NCBI RefSeq assembly: GCF_040509215.1
Contig: NZ_JBEVLL010000324.1
Span: forward strand, 5,857 to 69,856
DNA from: Devosia sp.
GTDB taxonomy: Bacteria > Pseudomonadota > Alphaproteobacteria > Rhizobiales > Devosiaceae
Length of the DNA stretch: 64,000 nucleotides
Direction: 5' to 3'
Position numbers and translations under genes: made by a program
The notes under the pieces: generated by a model
Database searches by the model: none
Told to the model about the DNA's origin: nothing
What the model saw: only the letters and a program-made list of their open reading frames with translations
Part shown: one piece after another, positions 61,976 through 64,000 of the stretch
Layout of the letters: every line of letters starts with the position of its first letter
Numbering within the stretch: position 1 is the first letter of the stretch

Positions 61976-63052
61976 ATGGCCACAATTTATGACGTAGCGA
62001 AAGCTGCGGGGGTATCGCCCAAGACCGTCAGCCGCGTGATGAACGGGGATGCGCCCGTCAACGAAAAGACGCGCGAAGCCGTCGAGGCTGCGATGGCCTC
62101 GCTCAATTATGTGCCGTCGAGCGCCGCGCGCACCATGCGCTCGCAGCGTTCCGGCCTGATTGGCATGATCACCGGCGCCATCAGCACCACCCACCAATTC
62201 GAAGATACCGGCCTGCCGGAAATCTACCTCGTGCAGGGCGCACAGCGTGTCATTGCGCAAAGCAATCGTACGCTGCTGATCGCTGACAGCGGCGGCCAGG
62301 CCGATCGCATACCCGCCCTCCTCCAGACGTTCCGCGAGCACCGCGTCGAGGGCGTGCTTTACGTCGCCGAATATCATCGCGAGGTGAGCCTGCCGGCCAA
62401 TCTCCGCGATCGCCCCATCGTCTTGGTCAACTGCTTCGACGCCGAGGACACACCTGCCATTCTGCCTGATGACGAGGCCGGGCAGTTTGCGCTCGTGGAC
62501 GGGCTGATCAAGCGCGGGCATCGCCGCATCGGCTATCTCACCCTGCCCGAGCAACAGATCGCCTCCGGCTTGCGCGTCGATGGCTATGTCCGCGCCCTCA
62601 AGAGCAATGGCATCGAATTTGACGAGCAGCTCGTGCAGGTCGGCGCGCTGCCGATCGCGGTCAATGAATTCGACCTGCTTTGGGATGCTCTCGATCGCGT
62701 CTTGCGCGCCGAACCGACGGTGATCTGCTGCGCCAACGACAAGATGGCGATGCGGGTCTATGGCCTGCTGCGCGAGCGCGGCCTCGCAATCCCGCGCGAC
62801 ATCTCGGTCGCCGGTTATGACAATTACCGCATGATTGCCGAGCACCTGCACCCCGGCCTCACCAGCGCCCAACTGCCCTACGCGGCGATGGGTGCGCTGG
62901 CGGCCGACAAGCTGCTGCGCATCATCAGCGGCACACAACGCCCGGCGGAACCCGCCCGTGAGCTCGTTTCCGGCCCCGTCGTCTGGCGCGACAGCGTCCA
63001 GCCGCGCGACGCCGCCATCACCCATCTATCTACCAGGAGGAAAGACACGTGA
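61976..63052 (+). CDS. LacI family transcriptional regulator
   Basis: N-terminal HTH MATIYDVAKAAGVSPKTVSRVMNG plus a periplasmic-binding-like effector domain. Confidence 0.9.
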   Translation: MATIYDVAKAAGVSPKTVSRVMNGDAPVNEKTREAVEAAMASLNYVPSSAARTMRSQRSGLIGMITGAISTTHQFEDTGLPEIYLVQGAQRVIAQSNRTLLIADSGGQADRIPALLQTFREHRVEGVLYVAEYHREVSLPANLRDRPIVLVNCFDAEDTPAILPDDEAGQFALVDGLIKRGHRRIGYLTLPEQQIASGLRVDGYVRALKSNGIEFDEQLVQVGALPIAVNEFDLLWDALDRVLRAEPTVICCANDKMAMRVYGLLRERGLAIPRDISVAGYDNYRMIAEHLHPGLTSAQLPYAAMGALAADKLLRIISGTQRPAEPARELVSGPVVWRDSVQPRDAAITHLSTRRKDT

Positions 63053-64000
63053 AATCCCTAAGCATTCTCGCCGCCACGCTGGCCTTCAGCACGGCCCTCA
63101 GCGGCGCCGCCTTTGCGCAGACGAGCCTGACCATGTGGTATCATGGCGCGGGCAGCACCGTGGAACGTGACCTGATCAACGGCATCATCACCGACTTCAA
63201 CGGCTCGCAGGCCGACTGGAAAGTCTCGCTGCAGGAATTCCCGCAGGCTGCCTATAACGACTCCGTCGTGGCCGCCGCCGTTGCCGGCAATCTTCCCGAT
63301 ATCATCGACGTCGATGGCCCCGTGATGCCGAACTGGGCTTGGGCCGGCTATATGCAGCCGCTGCAGCTCTCCGAAGGCGCGCTCGACGGCTTCCTGCCCG
63401 GCGCCATCGGCGAATATAATGGCGAAGTCTATTCAGTCGGCCTCTGGGACGCTGCGGTCGCCATGTATGCCCGCAAGTCGACCCTCGAAAAGTTCGACAT
63501 CCGCGTTCCGACGCTCGAAGAGCCTTGGACGCGCGAAGAGTTCGACGGCATCCTTGAAACCCTCAAGGCCTCGGGCGAGTTCGACTATCCGCTCAACCTC
63601 GGCATGGCCGACCAGGGCGAATGGTACCCCTATGCCTTCGCGCCCTTCCTCTGGAGCTTTGGCGGCGATCTCGTTGATCGCACTTCCTATGAAACCGCCG
63701 AAGGCGCGCTCAATGGCGACGCTGCGGTCGAATTCGGCGAGTGGTGGCAGAGCCTTTTCACCAATGACTATGTGCCGGGCACTAGCCAGGACATGGCGAG
63801 CCACGAAACCGGCTTCATCGATGGCGACTACGCGCTGCAGTGGAACGGCAATTGGGTGGCGGTGAATACCCTCGCAGCTCTTGGCGACGATGTCGTGTTC
63901 CTGCCCGCGCCTGATTTCGGCAACGGTCCGAAGATCGGCGGCGCATCCTGGCAGTTCGGCGTCTCCTCGACCTCGGCTCATCCCGATGGCGCCAGCGCCT
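63049..64000 (+). CDS. ABC sugar substrate-binding protein (family 1), 3' end beyond window
   Basis: GTG 63049 overlaps the lacI-family stop (GTGA), with AGGAGGA upstream. Signal peptide KSLSILAATLAFSTALSGAAFAQ. This frame is not in the ORF track because it has no stop in the window. Confidence 0.85.
   Translation, partial: MKSLSILAATLAFSTALSGAAFAQTSLTMWYHGAGSTVERDLINGIITDFNGSQADWKVSLQEFPQAAYNDSVVAAAVAGNLPDIIDVDGPVMPNWAWAGYMQPLQLSEGALDGFLPGAIGEYNGEVYSVGLWDAAVAMYARKSTLEKFDIRVPTLEEPWTREEFDGILETLKASGEFDYPLNLGMADQGEWYPYAFAPFLWSFGGDLVDRTSYETAEGALNGDAAVEFGEWWQSLFTNDYVPGTSQDMASHETGFIDGDYALQWNGNWVAVNTLAALGDDVVFLPAPDFGNGPKIGGASWQFGVSSTSAHPDGASA

Noticed and set aside
61871-63025. 384-aa minus-strand ORF opposite the LacI-family gene
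   Set aside because: It is antisense to a gene with a clear LacI HTH and effector domain, and it has no motifs of its own.
63419-63981. ORFs 63419..63865 (+) and 63433..63981 (-) at the right edge
   Set aside because: Both overlap the open-ended plus frame starting at GTG 63049. That frame encodes a signal peptide and a typical sugar-binding protein.

Overview
This is a high-GC, gene-dense chromosomal segment that looks alphaproteobacterial (Hyphomicrobiales/Caulobacter-type gene content). Taxonomy cannot be verified without a database search. I found no rRNA, tRNA, CRISPR array, IS element or integrase.

Gene content from left to right:
- The 5' part of cckA.
- A class-II flagellar export/rod cluster (flgB-flgC-fliE, fliQ-fliR-flhB, fliO-fliP). 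Its divergent promoter region carries a perfect CtrA box.
- An accessory block (10.4-14.6 kb) encoding an ECF sigma/anti-sigma pair, a secreted S8 subtilase, an uncharacterised protein and two small secreted low-complexity proteins (poly-Asp/Trp; Ser/Asn repeat).
- A tightly coupled 7-gene envelope/lipid-type operon: CDP-alcohol phosphatidyltransferase, LtaS/sulfatase-like protein, MprF-flippase-like protein, NMT1-type ABC importer, GT4.
- An arsR-aqpS-arsC-MFS arsenic operon with a divergent DUF6428-like gene.
- c-di-GMP and LuxR regulators, and a PhoD-RTX phosphatase.
- A peptide/amino-compound catabolic island.
- fetAB plus an ABC exporter.
- A siderophore-type uptake locus with three tandem binding-protein paralogs.
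- bioR-bioY-DUF1284.
- A TPP-riboswitch-controlled ykoF-thiXZY operon.
- A LacI/sugar-ABC locus running off the right edge.

The most interesting observation is that four promoter-like sites share one motif (nGGAATAn-N14/15-CGTCt). They form two back-to-back divergent pairs placed directly upstream of the sigma factor, the subtilase, the uncharacterised gene and the secreted poly-anionic protein operon. This defines a compact, apparently self-contained ECF-controlled secreted module of unknown function.

Most long ORFs on the strand opposite these genes are high-GC antisense artefacts. Several track ORFs are 5'-over-extended, and I trimmed them using RBS positions, stop/start overlaps and protein-family N-termini.
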